DNA of 64,000 nt, taken from Nemertoderma westbladi (Eukaryota; Animalia; Xenacoelomorpha). The position numbers and the translations under genes were made by a program. Below are positions 39,785 through 51,455 of the stretch, in pieces. The notes beneath the pieces are model-generated. The model saw only the letters and a list, made by a program, of their open reading frames with translations. It was not told where the DNA came from and searched no databases. The DNA lies in the NCBI GenBank assembly GCA_032718475.1, contig JAUCBJ010001352.1:1-64000 (forward strand). The letters are read 5' to 3'. The stretch's first letter is position 1. The number at the start of each line of letters is the position of its first letter.

Positions 39785-39889
39785 ATAAGATTCCCCGTAT
39801 GTGTCAAAAATTATATAGAGAATGAGAAATATTTGCTCAAGCATTACGAATAACTGATACTTCATGTGAGTGCGCATTATTTCACTATA

Positions 39890-39972
39890 ACTTTTTGTTG
39901 GGCACAGCTTTTGCAAGGTCGGCAATGACGTCCAGGTGGGATCGAACTGGTGACCTCCGGGTTGGAAGTCTC
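39890..39972 (-). mobile_element. tRNA-derived SINE copy (partial)
   Basis: Nearly identical to 12665-12740. Confidence 0.8.
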
Positions 39973-40059
39973 AACTAAAAGTTATAATAACATGAAACCA
40001 CTCATTCACCCACAACACCAATAATATATTATCTCACTGGCACATCCCAACCAGTTATT

Positions 40060-40335
40060 GAATTACTCGACCAGTTTGTGCCGCTGCCACCATGTGGTTT
40101 GTTATGACGTAAAGGCGCGTCTCCTTCCAGGCTTCCCGTTTCTCAATAGTTGTCGTAATTTCGTTTCTCTCAAGTTCAGTATCCCTTTCAAGCTGGTCTA
40201 TATATGTTATAGCCAGTCATCAACGGGTACGCTTTGCTTTCCGTGTGTTCGTTGCCAGAAAAGTAGATCTGGTATGACCTCGTCTTTACTTCGCCAACAG
40301 TGCCCACTGAATCTTAATCTGCGTTCACGGAGGTT
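40060..40335 (-). mobile_element. RTE-like LINE 3' fragment
   Basis: Minus strand RRLRFSGHCWRSKDEVIPDLLFWQRTHGKQSVP; related to 33690-33921. Confidence 0.8.
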
Positions 40336-41182
40336 GATTGATACAGGTGGTATAATACCTTTGGAACTAGAGCGTTAATCTATATCAGGGCGCCCTTTAA
40401 TTTTTCGGTCGATATTTTATTGTAATTTTCTATGTGAATATTTTTATAAATTTCTACTTATTAAGTGTTTTATAGCACTTATTTATAAGAGAAGTAACAT
40501 TAATATTGTCTGTTTATTTAATATAAACTGAGTCAGGATGAAAAAAAAAAATATATTTTCACTTCATCCTATCCTAAGGGCCCGTTTAAATTTTATTCTT
40601 ATTATTAAAAGTATTTTTATAACGCCAATACGCATTGTTCTTGGGATTCTTACAGTAAGTAACACATGATACCGTGAACATAAGTGAAACAAGAAATACA
40701 ATTAAAGTTATACAGCAAAAACGTTAAAAATTGACACATTGTTATATAAAATGGATAAATTTTAGAGTTATAATGATAATATCATTCGGTGGATTAAATT
40801 AATTGTAACTAATTAGGTACTAAACAATAAACAATTTCGCAAATGTTGTTTTGTTAGAAAGCCAGAAAGCAAATTTATTATAAAGTGTTTGCTTTTTTTT
40901 AAAAGACTGAATTTTAACTTGCGCTTTAAAATGCAACTGGCAGTAAACAAATAGCACAAATCTTTTAAAAGTTTTTATGCAAAATCAACTTATTTTATTT
41001 AATAATTATTACATTATTACCTCATTAAAAACGGCACAAATATGTCAATAGTTTGAGGGATGTTAATGAAAAAATAATTATCTATACCCTTGTATAACAA
41101 CAGTATTTCGAGCCAAATAAGTTCACCAATATGAGCATAAAACGAGACTTGTACGAATGCCAATCGTACATAAATTGTGAAG

Positions 41183-42500
41183 AAGTGGGTAGTTTGGTGG
41201 AGGTTGTGAATGGAAAAGTGGGTAGTTTGGTGGAGGTTGTGAATGGAAAAGTGGGTAGTTAGGTGGAGGTTGTGAATGGAAAAGTGGGTAGTTTGGTGGA
41301 GGTTGTGAATGGAAAAGTGGGTAGTTTGGTGGAGGTTGTGAATAAAAAGTGGGTAGTTTGGTGGAGGTTGGAAAGTGGGTAGTTTGGTGGAGGTTGAGAA
41401 TGAAAAAGTGGGTAGTTTGGTGGAGGTTGTGAATGGAAAAGTGGGTAGTTTGGTGGAGGTTGTGAATGAAAAAGTGGGTAGTTTGGTGGAGGTTGGAAAG
41501 TGGGTAGTTAGGTGGAGGTTGTGAATGGAAAAGTGGGTAGTTTGGTGGAGGTTGAGAATGGAAAAGTGGGTAGTTTGGTGGAGGTTGTGAATGGAAAAGT
41601 GGGTAGTTTGGTGGAGGTTGCGAATAAAAAGTGGGTAGTTTGGTGGAGGTTGAGAATGAAAAAGTGGGTAGTTTGGTGGAGGTTGTGAATGGAAAAGTGG
41701 GTAGTTTGGTGGAGGTTGAGAATGAAAAAGTGGGTAGTTTGGTGGAGGTTGTGAATGGAAAAGTGGGTAGTTTGGTGGAGGTTGTGAATGGAAAAGTGGG
41801 TAGTTTGGTGGAGGTTGTGAATGGAAAAGTGGGTAGTTTGGTGGAGGTTGTGAATGGAAAAGTGGGTAGTTTGGTGGAGGTTGTGAATGGAAAAGTGGGT
41901 AGTTTGGTGGAGGTTGCGAATGAAAAAGTGGGTAGTTTGGTGGAGGTTGGAAAGTGGGTAGTTTGGTGGAGGTTGAGAATGAAAAAGTGGGTAGTTTGGT
42001 GGAGGTTGTGAATGGAAAAGTGGGTAGTTTGGTGGAGGTTGTGAATGAAAAAGTGGGTAGTTTGGTGGAGGTTGGAAAGTGGGTAGTTGGTGGAGGTTGT
42101 GAATGGAAAAGTGGGTAGTTTGGTGGAGGTTGTGAATGGAAAAGTGGGTAGTTTGGTGGAGGTTGTGAATGGAAAAGTGGGTAGTTTGGTGGAGGTTGTG
42201 AATGAAAAAGTGGGTAGTTTGGTGGAGGTTGCGAATAAAAGTGGGTAGTTTGGTGGAGGTTGAGAATGAAAAAGTGGGTAGTTTGGTGGAGGTTGTGAAT
42301 GAAAAAGTGGGTAGTTTGGTGGAGGTTGCGAATGAAAAAGTGGGTAGTTTGGTGGAGGTTGGATGAAAAAGTGGGTAGTTTGGTGGAGGTTGAGAATGAA
42401 AAAGTGGGTAGTTTGGTGGAGGTTGTGAATGAAAAAGTGGGTAGTTTGGTGGAGGTTGGGAATGAAATAAGTGGGTAGTTTGGTGGAGGTTGCGAATGAA
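41183..42500. repeat. 33-bp G-rich minisatellite (GTGGGTAGTTTGGTGGAGGTTGTGAATGGAAAA)n
   Basis: Direct reading; about 40 units with 26-bp and 32-bp variants. Confidence 0.97.
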
Positions 42501-43062
42501 AAATAAATGAACAAGAGTGAACAAGATGAGAATGAACAAGCCACTTCACTTCAGGTTGGATACTTTAAGGTTTAAGGTAATAAATAAAACATTTAAATGA
42601 AAAACTACATAAATATATTTAGAAATTAAATGTAAATAAACAAACATACATTATAAAAAGTTGATTATTTACAACGTAAATTTACAAAAATAATACTTTA
42701 CAGCTATAGGCCTTTATAGTATAGAGTAGCATTAATTGAAGGCGAACTATCGTATTCCAATAGACACCCTGTAAATTGGGAAACCTCTAACGATAAGAAT
42801 TTACTAACAAATTAATTCCGGAGAAAATAAAAACTTAAGATAAAATTATTATAGTATGCAATAATTCCCGACGATTTTAAATTCGGGAACTGCATTACAA
42901 CAACCCAGAGCGAGTTGAGTCAAAAATATATGCGTTGGAAAGATAGAAAACATCCTTTACTTTCTTTGAAAAGATAAATTAGTGATTCTTTTAAAGATTG
43001 TAGAGGAAATATTCACGTCTGGGTATTTTGGTAACCGGTTCGGGTTTTATAGATAAATACTT

Positions 43063-44364
43063 CTAATGTAACAACGGTTGGGTGGGAGGAAGAATACTGT
43101 GTAGAACGATTGGTGTATACGTCAACGTTGTACTAGCGGTGCCACTAGTGGTAGGGGTGGTAATGGTGGCGGTTCTAGTGGCGGCGGTCGAAGAATTCAC
43201 ACGTTTAATCTTCTGACGTCGGTTACAAAACCAAACTCGGACCACCTCCCGGTCCAACGATAGATGTTCGGATATAACGAAGATCTGATTGGCTCCGGGT
43301 CGCGAATTGACTTCAAAATGGGCCTCCAACTTTTCTCTGACAACGGGATTTAAACTAGTACGTCGTTTACGGCGCCTCAAAGTCTCTTGAGACTCGGATA
43401 AAAACGCCGGAGTTTCAAATTCAATTCGAACGCCCTCCTCGCATGACTCCTCCATCTTACAACCAGCCTCCTCGGAAAGCCACTTCTCCAGTAGCGGTTT
43501 CAGCTTCAACATGTTATTGAAGCTGAGGTTTAGCGCTTCGAATCGTGAGATAGTCGTCTGACTGAAGTCGTTGCCCCACAACCTACCCACCGCCGATCCA
43601 ACGTCGCTCTGAGTGAAACCAAGTCGGATCCTCGTCTCTTTAAACTCCTTCGAGAATCTCTCGAGATGTTCTAACCGGTTCGCCTCTAATTGTAATGCGG
43701 TATCGGTGCCGAGTGTGTCGTTAGGCCTACGTGTCGACGGGAGAGTCCGGATGTCAGGCGGCTTACTGCACGATTGCAAAACATCTGGAGATAAAAGATA
43801 CCGAGCACGTGGTTGAGGAATATGTGTTGGAGCAAACTGTGGGAGATTGAATTCACTTGTGAGTATGTTAGAATCTTGGAGTAATTGTGGAGAGTTTGTA
43901 CTGCATAAAGAAACATGTTGCTGGGATTGCTGTGTGTCTGTTGGTGGATGTGTTATTGTCCGCGGTGACTGGGGGTTGATACTGGGTGAATATGATTCAA
44001 TAGTTTTAGAAGATTTCGGATGATTTGTGATGGAATTTATTGTTAAGCACAATGGACGAGGTTGTCTTTTAGGCGAAACTACATCACATTTACGGGATGA
44101 TTCGTTCTGTTGTGTATGCGATGGTTGTTGGGTATCATTACCTTCTGGAGTAAACACGATGTCATCAACACCTACATCCACACCTCTAAGGGGTTCATCA
44201 TTACCTAAATTAGATATTTGGATGGGATTTATATTATCAACGAAAGTAATGAGTTTATTTGTGTTGTTTGGGATGGAGGCGGAGGGCTTAGGAAGCGATA
44301 ATGGGACGTACATACCATCTCCCTTATGTTCCATAATAACGTAACGTGGTGGAACACCATCCAT
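43063..44364 (-). CDS. Class II POU-homeodomain transcription factor (POU2/Oct1/pdm-nubbin-like), divergent, intronless CDS
   Basis: POU-specific domain ...RIRLGFTQSDVG..GNDFSQTTISRFEALNLSFNNMLKLKPLLEKWL (GNDFSQTTISRFEALNLS is the class II signature) and homeodomain RRRKRRTS...EVVRVWFCNRRQK in one 433-aa ORF. Confidence 0.93.
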   Translation of the reverse strand: MDGVPPRYVIMEHKGDGMYVPLSLPKPSASIPNNTNKLITFVDNINPIQISNLGNDEPLRGVDVGVDDIVFTPEGNDTQQPSHTQQNESSRKCDVVSPKRQPRPLCLTINSITNHPKSSKTIESYSPSINPQSPRTITHPPTDTQQSQQHVSLCSTNSPQLLQDSNILTSEFNLPQFAPTHIPQPRARYLLSPDVLQSCSKPPDIRTLPSTRRPNDTLGTDTALQLEANRLEHLERFSKEFKETRIRLGFTQSDVGSAVGRLWGNDFSQTTISRFEALNLSFNNMLKLKPLLEKWLSEEAGCKMEESCEEGVRIEFETPAFLSESQETLRRRKRRTSLNPVVREKLEAHFEVNSRPGANQIFVISEHLSLDREVVRVWFCNRRQKIKRVNSSTAATRTATITTPTTSGTASTTLTYTPIVLHSILPPTQPLLH

Positions 44365-44797
44365 CAGACCAACTACAGAACTACAGGCTGACAGAAGTTC
44401 GCTAAGATAATATGGTGCTGTAGGTAGAGTTCATGTAATTAAATAAATTTATTACCGGTATACAATGTTGCAGGCCTAGTACTGTTAGACCAGTAATCAG
44501 GTAACAGCCACGAACCACAAGGCACTACCATACCATACCGGTACCTTACCACAATAGTCCTAAAAAATTCACATCTCTTCAAAATAAATAATAATAAACT
44601 AATAAGTATACCGATCTCCCACAGATCTGATTCTACATATGGTAGAGGAAATGGGTATGCACTCCATGATAATTGTACTTGACCGGTACTGGTACTTTGG
44701 CCAAGGGCTGATAGGCAATACGCGCGGGCGTTTCGGGTTCGGTCCGGACGTGGGACGATTCGGCGGGAACAATTCGGCCTGGACGTACACAACAGCA

Positions 44798-45062
44798 TCG
44801 TTTATTGTTTTGGTTAGAAAAATCTGTCTCTGTAACCTGCTCCTTTCCCTAAATTGGAACAACATCGTTTATTGTTTTGGTTAGAAAAAGACGTAACATG
44901 CTCCTTCCCTTCAATTGGCAACAACATCGTTTATTGCTTTGGTTAGAAAAAGCCGTCTCTGTAACCTGCTACTTTCTGTTCTCTCAATTGGTATCAACAT
45001 AGTTTATTGTTTTGGTTAGTAAAAGACGTCTATGTGTAACCTGTTCCTTTCCCTCAATTGGT
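44798..45062. repeat. ~65-bp tandem repeat x4 of a dispersed-repeat motif
   Basis: ATCGTTTATTGTTTTGGTTAGAAAAA...TGTAACCTGCTCCTTTCCCT repeated. The same motif is dispersed at about 2520-2580 (minus), 22072, 34097, 34715, 45325 and 59540. Confidence 0.85.
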
Positions 45063-45974
45063 AACTAAAATGGTTACTAACAGGACCTATCTGCGAGGGG
45101 GAGAGGGGGGGGGGGGGGGGGGGGGGGGGTAACAGCACGGTACCACTCTGTTTGGATCTGCCGGTTTTGTAATGTCACATAAGTACAGTTCTCCCCAGAT
45201 AGGGGGGAGGGGGCGTGGGGTGGGAAACTGGACGAAATAAAAATGCATCCCTCTCCAGGGGAAATTCGACACAAATAAAGGCTGATTACTCTCAAAAATA
45301 AAACTGTAACCTATTCTATTGTGTTTAGTTTATTGTTTTCGTTAAAATAACGTGCCACTGTACCCTGCTCCTTTCCTAAATTGCGAATTGAACATTGAGC
45401 CGGGATATTAATTCGCCAAGGCGGGATTTGCGTCCAGTTTACTCTCCTGTTTCCCCTGTCCCGTGATTTGTTGGTACTTAGTACCAAATGGAGAGCTGGC
45501 CATGTAAATATTTCAGATATTTCTTGAAATATAGTTGAGGCGTTCGAAAGTTGCCTGATTTTACATGTGTGTGAATCTAATTATTCTAGGACACGAACAG
45601 ACTGCCTCTGTTACAAATTTCATGCAATATCATTATGATAAAATTATAACAAATTAGGGAGGGGGTCGGGTTGGCTAATATTCCAAAATTTGGAACTGTT
45701 TTAATTAAAACGCCATGAATATGGATATCAAAGTGACATAATTATAAATGAGTACTTTCCAACAAACCACACATTAATATTGACAAGATTTAACACAATA
45801 AACGACCTTAAATATTAAATTAACGATGTAAAACAACGCTCTTATGAATTTCACGAAAACTGAAGAACGATTAATTAATACATGGTTAATAATGATCAAA
45901 AAATGTGAAATGAAAAAAAGTTCAGATGTAGAGGAAATTTCGAGGAACCAATTATTTGAAATTATAACCTTTTT

Positions 45975-46516
45975 GTTTCATTGCCCAATTGTGTCAGTGC
46001 CCAATTGTGTCAGTGCCCAATTGTTTCAGTGCCCAATTGTTTCAGTGCCCAATTGTTTCAGTGCCCAATTCTTTCAGTGCCCAATTGTTTCAGTGCCCAA
46101 TTGTTTCAATGCCCAATTCTTTCAGTGCCCAATTCTTTCAGTGCCCAATTCTTTCAGTGCCCAATTATTTCAGTGCCCAATTGTTTCCTCAATGCCCAAT
46201 TCTTTCAGTGCCCAATTGTGTCAGTGCCCAATTGTTTCAGTGCCCAATTGTTTCAACGCCCAATTCTTTCAGTGCCCAATTGTTTCAATGCCCAATTCTT
46301 TCAGTGCCCAATTCTTTCAGTGCCCAATTGTATCAGTGGCCAATTCTTTCAGTGCCCAATTGTTTCAATGCCCAATTGTTCAGTGCCCAATTCTTTCAGT
46401 GCCCAATTGTTTAGTGTCCAATTGTTTCATTGCCCAATTGTTCCAGTGCCCAATTGTTTCAGTGCCTATTTGTTTCAGTGCCCAATTGTTTCAGTGTCCA
46501 ATTGTTTCAGTGCCCC
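45975..46516. repeat. 16-bp minisatellite (CAGTGCCCAATTGTTT)n
   Basis: Direct reading; about 33 units. Confidence 0.97.
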
Positions 46517-48320
46517 AGATATATTTTACATTTTGTGAAACATTTTAATGATTAAGTGCACTCGAGTAGAGTTATGTTTCAATTTTGTAATGAAAGATTG
46601 TGAAAATATGCTTCCAAAACAAGATGCACACTTTATCCAGTATTTATTTATAACGAATAAGGAATGACATGAAATACAACCTTTTTTTTAAATTCAAATT
46701 GAAACAATAATTACATATGCCACCATTGATGAATTATTTATATCTTCCATGACCCGTAATATAGTGTCATTTTTATCTCTGTTGAAAAGGACTCCCTAAT
46801 TTTTTCTACAAATATTTATCATTTTGCTTGAATTTGACTATAGTTACTCAACTGGTTCAATCTAGAATGTTCCTGAACATTGTGTATTTAATATTTATTA
46901 AATAAAATCCATTTCACGAAAGATAATTTTAAATTGCTTATAAAAGAAATTGAAATGTCAACTCGAGAGTAACACACAATAACTGATATATTGATTGACT
47001 AAATTACAGTCCATTTAAATGTTTCACAGCCGAATCGAAGTGTATCGCACCGATTTTCCCGGCCAAAATTTAGAAAAAACCTGTGACAAAAACCATCAAC
47101 GTCCACTTCACGTAGAAAACAAAACATGTGGCTAATTAATTAGCCACAATAGAGGCAAAAATATGTTGCCGAAAAAATTAATGTTAAAATTATACGTAAT
47201 AATATAAAATGGAAATGTTCTTATTGTTTTTAGATAAACAATTCATTGTAAATTCTGGACAAATAATTAAACAGTTCGAGTGACAAAAATTTCCTAACAC
47301 TAACGAAAAAGTCTAATTTTGACATCTTAGTTACCGGTACGTGGATGGATAGATCAGATCAGAGCAACGCAAGGTAAATGGAACTGCAAGACTAATTAGT
47401 TAAACAGTGACCGGGCGAGGAACTATGTGACAGCTGGAGAGATGGAGTTTCCGAAATACAACATTTAGGAAATTTTTTTTCATGGCTTTCCATAAGTTTT
47501 CAATAATAAATCAATTTTTAAACATTCAAATTCCATTAAACTAAAATAATTATTGAAAATACCACAAACGGTTTTTACAAATCCCTTACAAAAAAAAACG
47601 GATCAGATATAAGTTTAAGATATTTCAAATATATACCAGTTAACCAGGTAATATATTAAAGTTTAATGACAAACAAACTGACCAATTACAACATGCAGAT
47701 CATATTATACGTAATCTTAACAAGTTAACAGAATAAATAAATGACAATATTTTCAAACTTCAAAGATAATTTGTAAATATATTAAATGACATTCATGGCT
47801 GTTTACTTAACTTACTTACAAAAACAATGGCAAAAATAATATATTTTAACTCAACAATATAACAGATACCCGGTATACAATGTCCTTAACTTATATTACA
47901 TCTACAGTGAATCAAAATACGGAACGTGGCTTATACTTAACTAACTGTGGGGAGAGTTTGCCAACTAATAGTTCTTGGTCTGTCAAAAAATAAGAAACAG
48001 AAAGAAAAACGGCAAACCTAGCAATATATCATCAAATAGAAAGACTATATTCTTCTGACATGAAATCACAAGAGTGATGGTAACTCCAAAACGGAAAAAG
48101 TTATGAAATAATTCAGAATCGGCAAGAGGCCCAATATTTACTAACAGAAAAATACAAAAAGTCAAAAACCTTTTCATCACATATTTATATATTATATAAT
48201 AATAATAATATATTATATTATATATCAATAATATTATAATTACAAACTGAAACTATTCCTAAAGTGGAAAAACTAAATGCAAACCATTACAAAACGCCTT
48301 GACATACCAGATCACGAAGT

Positions 48321-51300
48321 TTAAGACATAACCACTTTCTTCGGATGTTTCTGTTTGCTCTGGTGTCTTCGGCTGAGGGACACAGTACATCGTGGTAACA
48401 CATTGTGCGATCCATCAAGCAATGGGTAGCTAGTAGGGTCACCAATGGCAACGCGATCTGCTGGAACCAATAGTTTATTTTCGGCGACGAAGTGACCCTC
48501 GTGAGATTTAAAAATATTATCGAGAATTTCATTTAAGAACTCCGAAACAGTATTATTTCTTTCTGCAGGACCATTCGGATCAGTCTGGCGGTCTGCAGAA
48601 GTAACCGGGCCAACAATATCGTTTAATTGGTCAACTGATTCAGAAGCAAGTTCAGAACCGAGACGGCAAATATCAGAGGACTTGAGATGGGATACTGAGA
48701 CACGGGGGAATGTTTGACTGATTGTCGGTAAAGAGGTAACGCATTGTTGCTGCCCGATGATAGCAGTTTGTCTGTAATTGCGAGGTGAAGGTCTGGGGAT
48801 GGTAGAGGATGTCTTCAAAATAGCAGTCGATGAGTTTGTAACATTAGAAGGGGAGGAAGGCGGGAGGCTTAACTTTTGGGAATCTAAACAATATTTCCTC
48901 TTTAGTTGAATAAGAGCATTGAGGGTTGATTCAATGCCGGTAGAAGTAGAGAGTTCGAGACGAGACTTCTTCGCAGGTTCACCTACATGTCGTATCGTGA
49001 CAGGATGAGCGAGGCGAACCACAGGTTCGACTGTATGAACTCGTTTCAATGTGTGAGCAGTGCGAGTTTGCGACGGACTTACGTACACACTATGAGCACT
49101 CGGACACATTGCACGACCGCCAACAGCAGACGTGGAAGGCCCTGGTCCTCTCAGGGGCATGGATTTGCCATGACGACATGGAGACCATGTGAAACCAGCA
49201 CTGCTGGGGCCTCGAGTTAGGTGAGCCGCCACTGAAACTGACTTGGGTGAAACTAGAGGCGACCGAGCATCCAACGGTATTACCTTGGGCGAAACTAGAG
49301 ACGACCGAGCATCCAACGGTATTACCTTGGGCGAAGTAAGGGGTGACTGATCCTCCACTGGTACTGCCCGGGGTGATTGTGGGGACATTTTAGCTGACAC
49401 AGCCATCCGACGCAGAGCCGACATGTGGGAATACAAATCCAAATCTGAAAAGCCACAGAATGTTGAATTAGAATGGAGTCTATCGTCGCATGATGACGCG
49501 TTACTGGGTCCACCAACTGTGTCGACATACAGAGAGGATGACGTGGCTCCAACGCGTTGCGCCGATCCCGGACTAAACGATACCGGAGCCCGGGAGATGT
49601 TGCCACCAGAATGAAAGCTGGTTGAAGTGCAATCATTATGCTGGCCTTGAGACATAAACACCTTGTTACTGCTGTTATCCCACATACTCCATTTTTCCGT
49701 TTTCAACACTGTTCCGGTTGCAAAGGATCTGCTCTTTGAAAGATTCTTCCTTCGCAATATCCCCTTCCCTGGTGTCTTAAAAGATTCACAAGAATCCTTT
49801 CTCAAAGATACATAAATTATTTTTTTTCGAGATGCTGTTGCAGATGAATCCATTGCACGGGATATAGAGGGTATAGGCGAACTCGAACAACCCAACCCGA
49901 TGCTATTTACTATGTTTGTAGATATTGGGGTTTTGGAATTTCCTGAATCCGTGATGTTTTCTAAAACAAAATCATCCTCTGAGCAAATTGTGCCTTCTGG
50001 CATTGTGTCGGGTGTTAGGTGGTGCAGCAGCACCCGTGGCAAATCGCCATCGATTTGAAATGTGGGGGGATGTCGAGGTAGAGAGGGTGGGGAAGCGGGG
50101 GAGATCTCGGGAGAGGTGGGAGTGATCGCAGGGGGTTGAGAAGCTCTTCTGTTATGTGATGACGACACCACACCACCATGGGTACCTTGCTTATTAACAC
50201 CCACTGTCGTGTGAATAATCTTGGTGGTGGTGCCACCGGGGCTGTGAATTACCACCCGTGGGGGCCGTTTCATGATAGGCCGTTTCCCTTTCCTTTCACG
50301 CCCTCGCATTTGCAGCATCGCGTTCTGTTTTGCAACCTGCGTTCGTAGTAACAGCGCCAAGTATTCATCAGTTTCTTCAAGGTGTTTAGCCATTTCAGGA
50401 GTTACGTCTTCTAATGGTTTAGGAGGATATACAACATCTTCATCGTAATCAATCTTATTAACATCGTGTTGTTTAATGTAATCCGCATACCTATAAGGTT
50501 GGAATTTGCGAACAAAAGGAGCCATATCAATAGTGACGTTGTCCTTCCGACAGTAGCACTTAGCTGCCCATTTGCCGTATTCGACCCAGCGGGGTGTCGC
50601 AAAGTTAGTGCTTTCCGCGCAGTTAAATCCGTGGTTATACCCGGCGTGGTAGCCGAATGGGAATGTTATCATTATCTCGCCGGCTTCCTGAACAACTTTC
50701 TCGAAAGGAATGGCGTACTTTCGCAGTACAGCCGGAGATATAATGTTCATTTTATGGCGCAAAAAAGCCGGACACGAATGATCCAGATGGTTGAAAAACT
50801 GAGCAGCAAGACGTTGGAATCGTTTGCCGTGGGCTGGAGGGATTCCATACCACTGCTTAGGCGCTCCAAAATGGAGGAAGTTTATGGAATATAAATCGAG
50901 ATCTTCCGTATGCCATGGGAAGGTAGTTTTCCACATACCAAAGTAGAGGTAGGCTGTATTAACACCTTCAATTTTAAAGCCTCGTTCAGTCAATGATGTA
51001 TCTAATATTGTCCCGAGATTACTGCAATTCCAAATGTCGATACCTTTAGGTGTCACACTCCCACTAATATCCGCACCGTATATGACTTTATTGAATGTTA
51101 AATTTCGCCAATATTTTCTTTCTAAGTCATCGTAATCGACTGAAGTTGGAGGTTTATATTTATCGCTGTTAGCCAGTTTCTGAAATTCTCTCACTTCTAA
51201 AGGTTTTTTCTGTATATTATACTGCTCAAATACGCCATTTGCACCTACTACTTCCTGCTCAATCGGCGACGGTATCATTATATCTTGCACCCAATCATAC

Positions 51301-51455
51301 CCATCACTGTGCACAAGGTCCAGCCATTCAGGAGGAGGTATCACTTTTGCTATTCCCGCCTTGTGAGCACCTTGGGATTCCATATAAGTTACATAGTTCT
51401 GAAAATCTTTGAATTCCTCGAAAGTAGGTCGAAATATTTGTATCTTTCTCCCCAT
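48321..51455 (-). CDS. KDM4: KDM4/JMJD2-family JmjN-JmjC histone lysine demethylase, intronless CDS, no PHD/Tudor domains
   Basis: Jmj[24 protein letters not shown]; Jmj[58 protein letters not shown] and CYC. Likely start is the ATG at 51455 (MGRKIQ), downstream of a tttcatttccag acceptor at 51479. Confidence 0.96.
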   Translation of the reverse strand: MGRKIQIFRPTFEEFKDFQNYVTYMESQGAHKAGIAKVIPPPEWLDLVHSDGYDWVQDIMIPSPIEQEVVGANGVFEQYNIQKKPLEVREFQKLANSDKYKPPTSVDYDDLERKYWRNLTFNKVIYGADISGSVTPKGIDIWNCSNLGTILDTSLTERGFKIEGVNTAYLYFGMWKTTFPWHTEDLDLYSINFLHFGAPKQWYGIPPAHGKRFQRLAAQFFNHLDHSCPAFLRHKMNIISPAVLRKYAIPFEKVVQEAGEIMITFPFGYHAGYNHGFNCAESTNFATPRWVEYGKWAAKCYCRKDNVTIDMAPFVRKFQPYRYADYIKQHDVNKIDYDEDVVYPPKPLEDVTPEMAKHLEETDEYLALLLRTQVAKQNAMLQMRGRERKGKRPIMKRPPRVVIHSPGGTTTKIIHTTVGVNKQGTHGGVVSSSHNRRASQPPAITPTSPEISPASPPSLPRHPPTFQIDGDLPRVLLHHLTPDTMPEGTICSEDDFVLENITDSGNSKTPISTNIVNSIGLGCSSSPIPSISRAMDSSATASRKKIIYVSLRKDSCESFKTPGKGILRRKNLSKSRSFATGTVLKTEKWSMWDNSSNKVFMSQGQHNDCTSTSFHSGGNISRAPVSFSPGSAQRVGATSSSLYVDTVGGPSNASSCDDRLHSNSTFCGFSDLDLYSHMSALRRMAVSAKMSPQSPRAVPVEDQSPLTSPKVIPLDARSSLVSPKVIPLDARSPLVSPKSVSVAAHLTRGPSSAGFTWSPCRHGKSMPLRGPGPSTSAVGGRAMCPSAHSVYVSPSQTRTAHTLKRVHTVEPVVRLAHPVTIRHVGEPAKKSRLELSTSTGIESTLNALIQLKRKYCLDSQKLSLPPSSPSNVTNSSTAILKTSSTIPRPSPRNYRQTAIIGQQQCVTSLPTISQTFPRVSVSHLKSSDICRLGSELASESVDQLNDIVGPVTSADRQTDPNGPAERNNTVSEFLNEILDNIFKSHEGHFVAENKLLVPADRVAIGDPTSYPLLDGSHNVLPRCTVSLSRRHQSKQKHPKKVVMS

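Noticed and set aside
37737-39925. GYSGSDKGV / VAVIKEWVT repeat proteins
   Set aside because: Translations of a 27-bp minisatellite related to a dispersed non-coding repeat.
41017-42549. Extensin-like HSQPPPNYPLF ORFs of 340-510 aa
   Set aside because: All three minus frames are open and unit-length variants switch frames freely, which indicates no coding constraint.
45844-46548. Cys-rich plus-strand ORFs
   Set aside because: Translation of a 16-bp tandem repeat.
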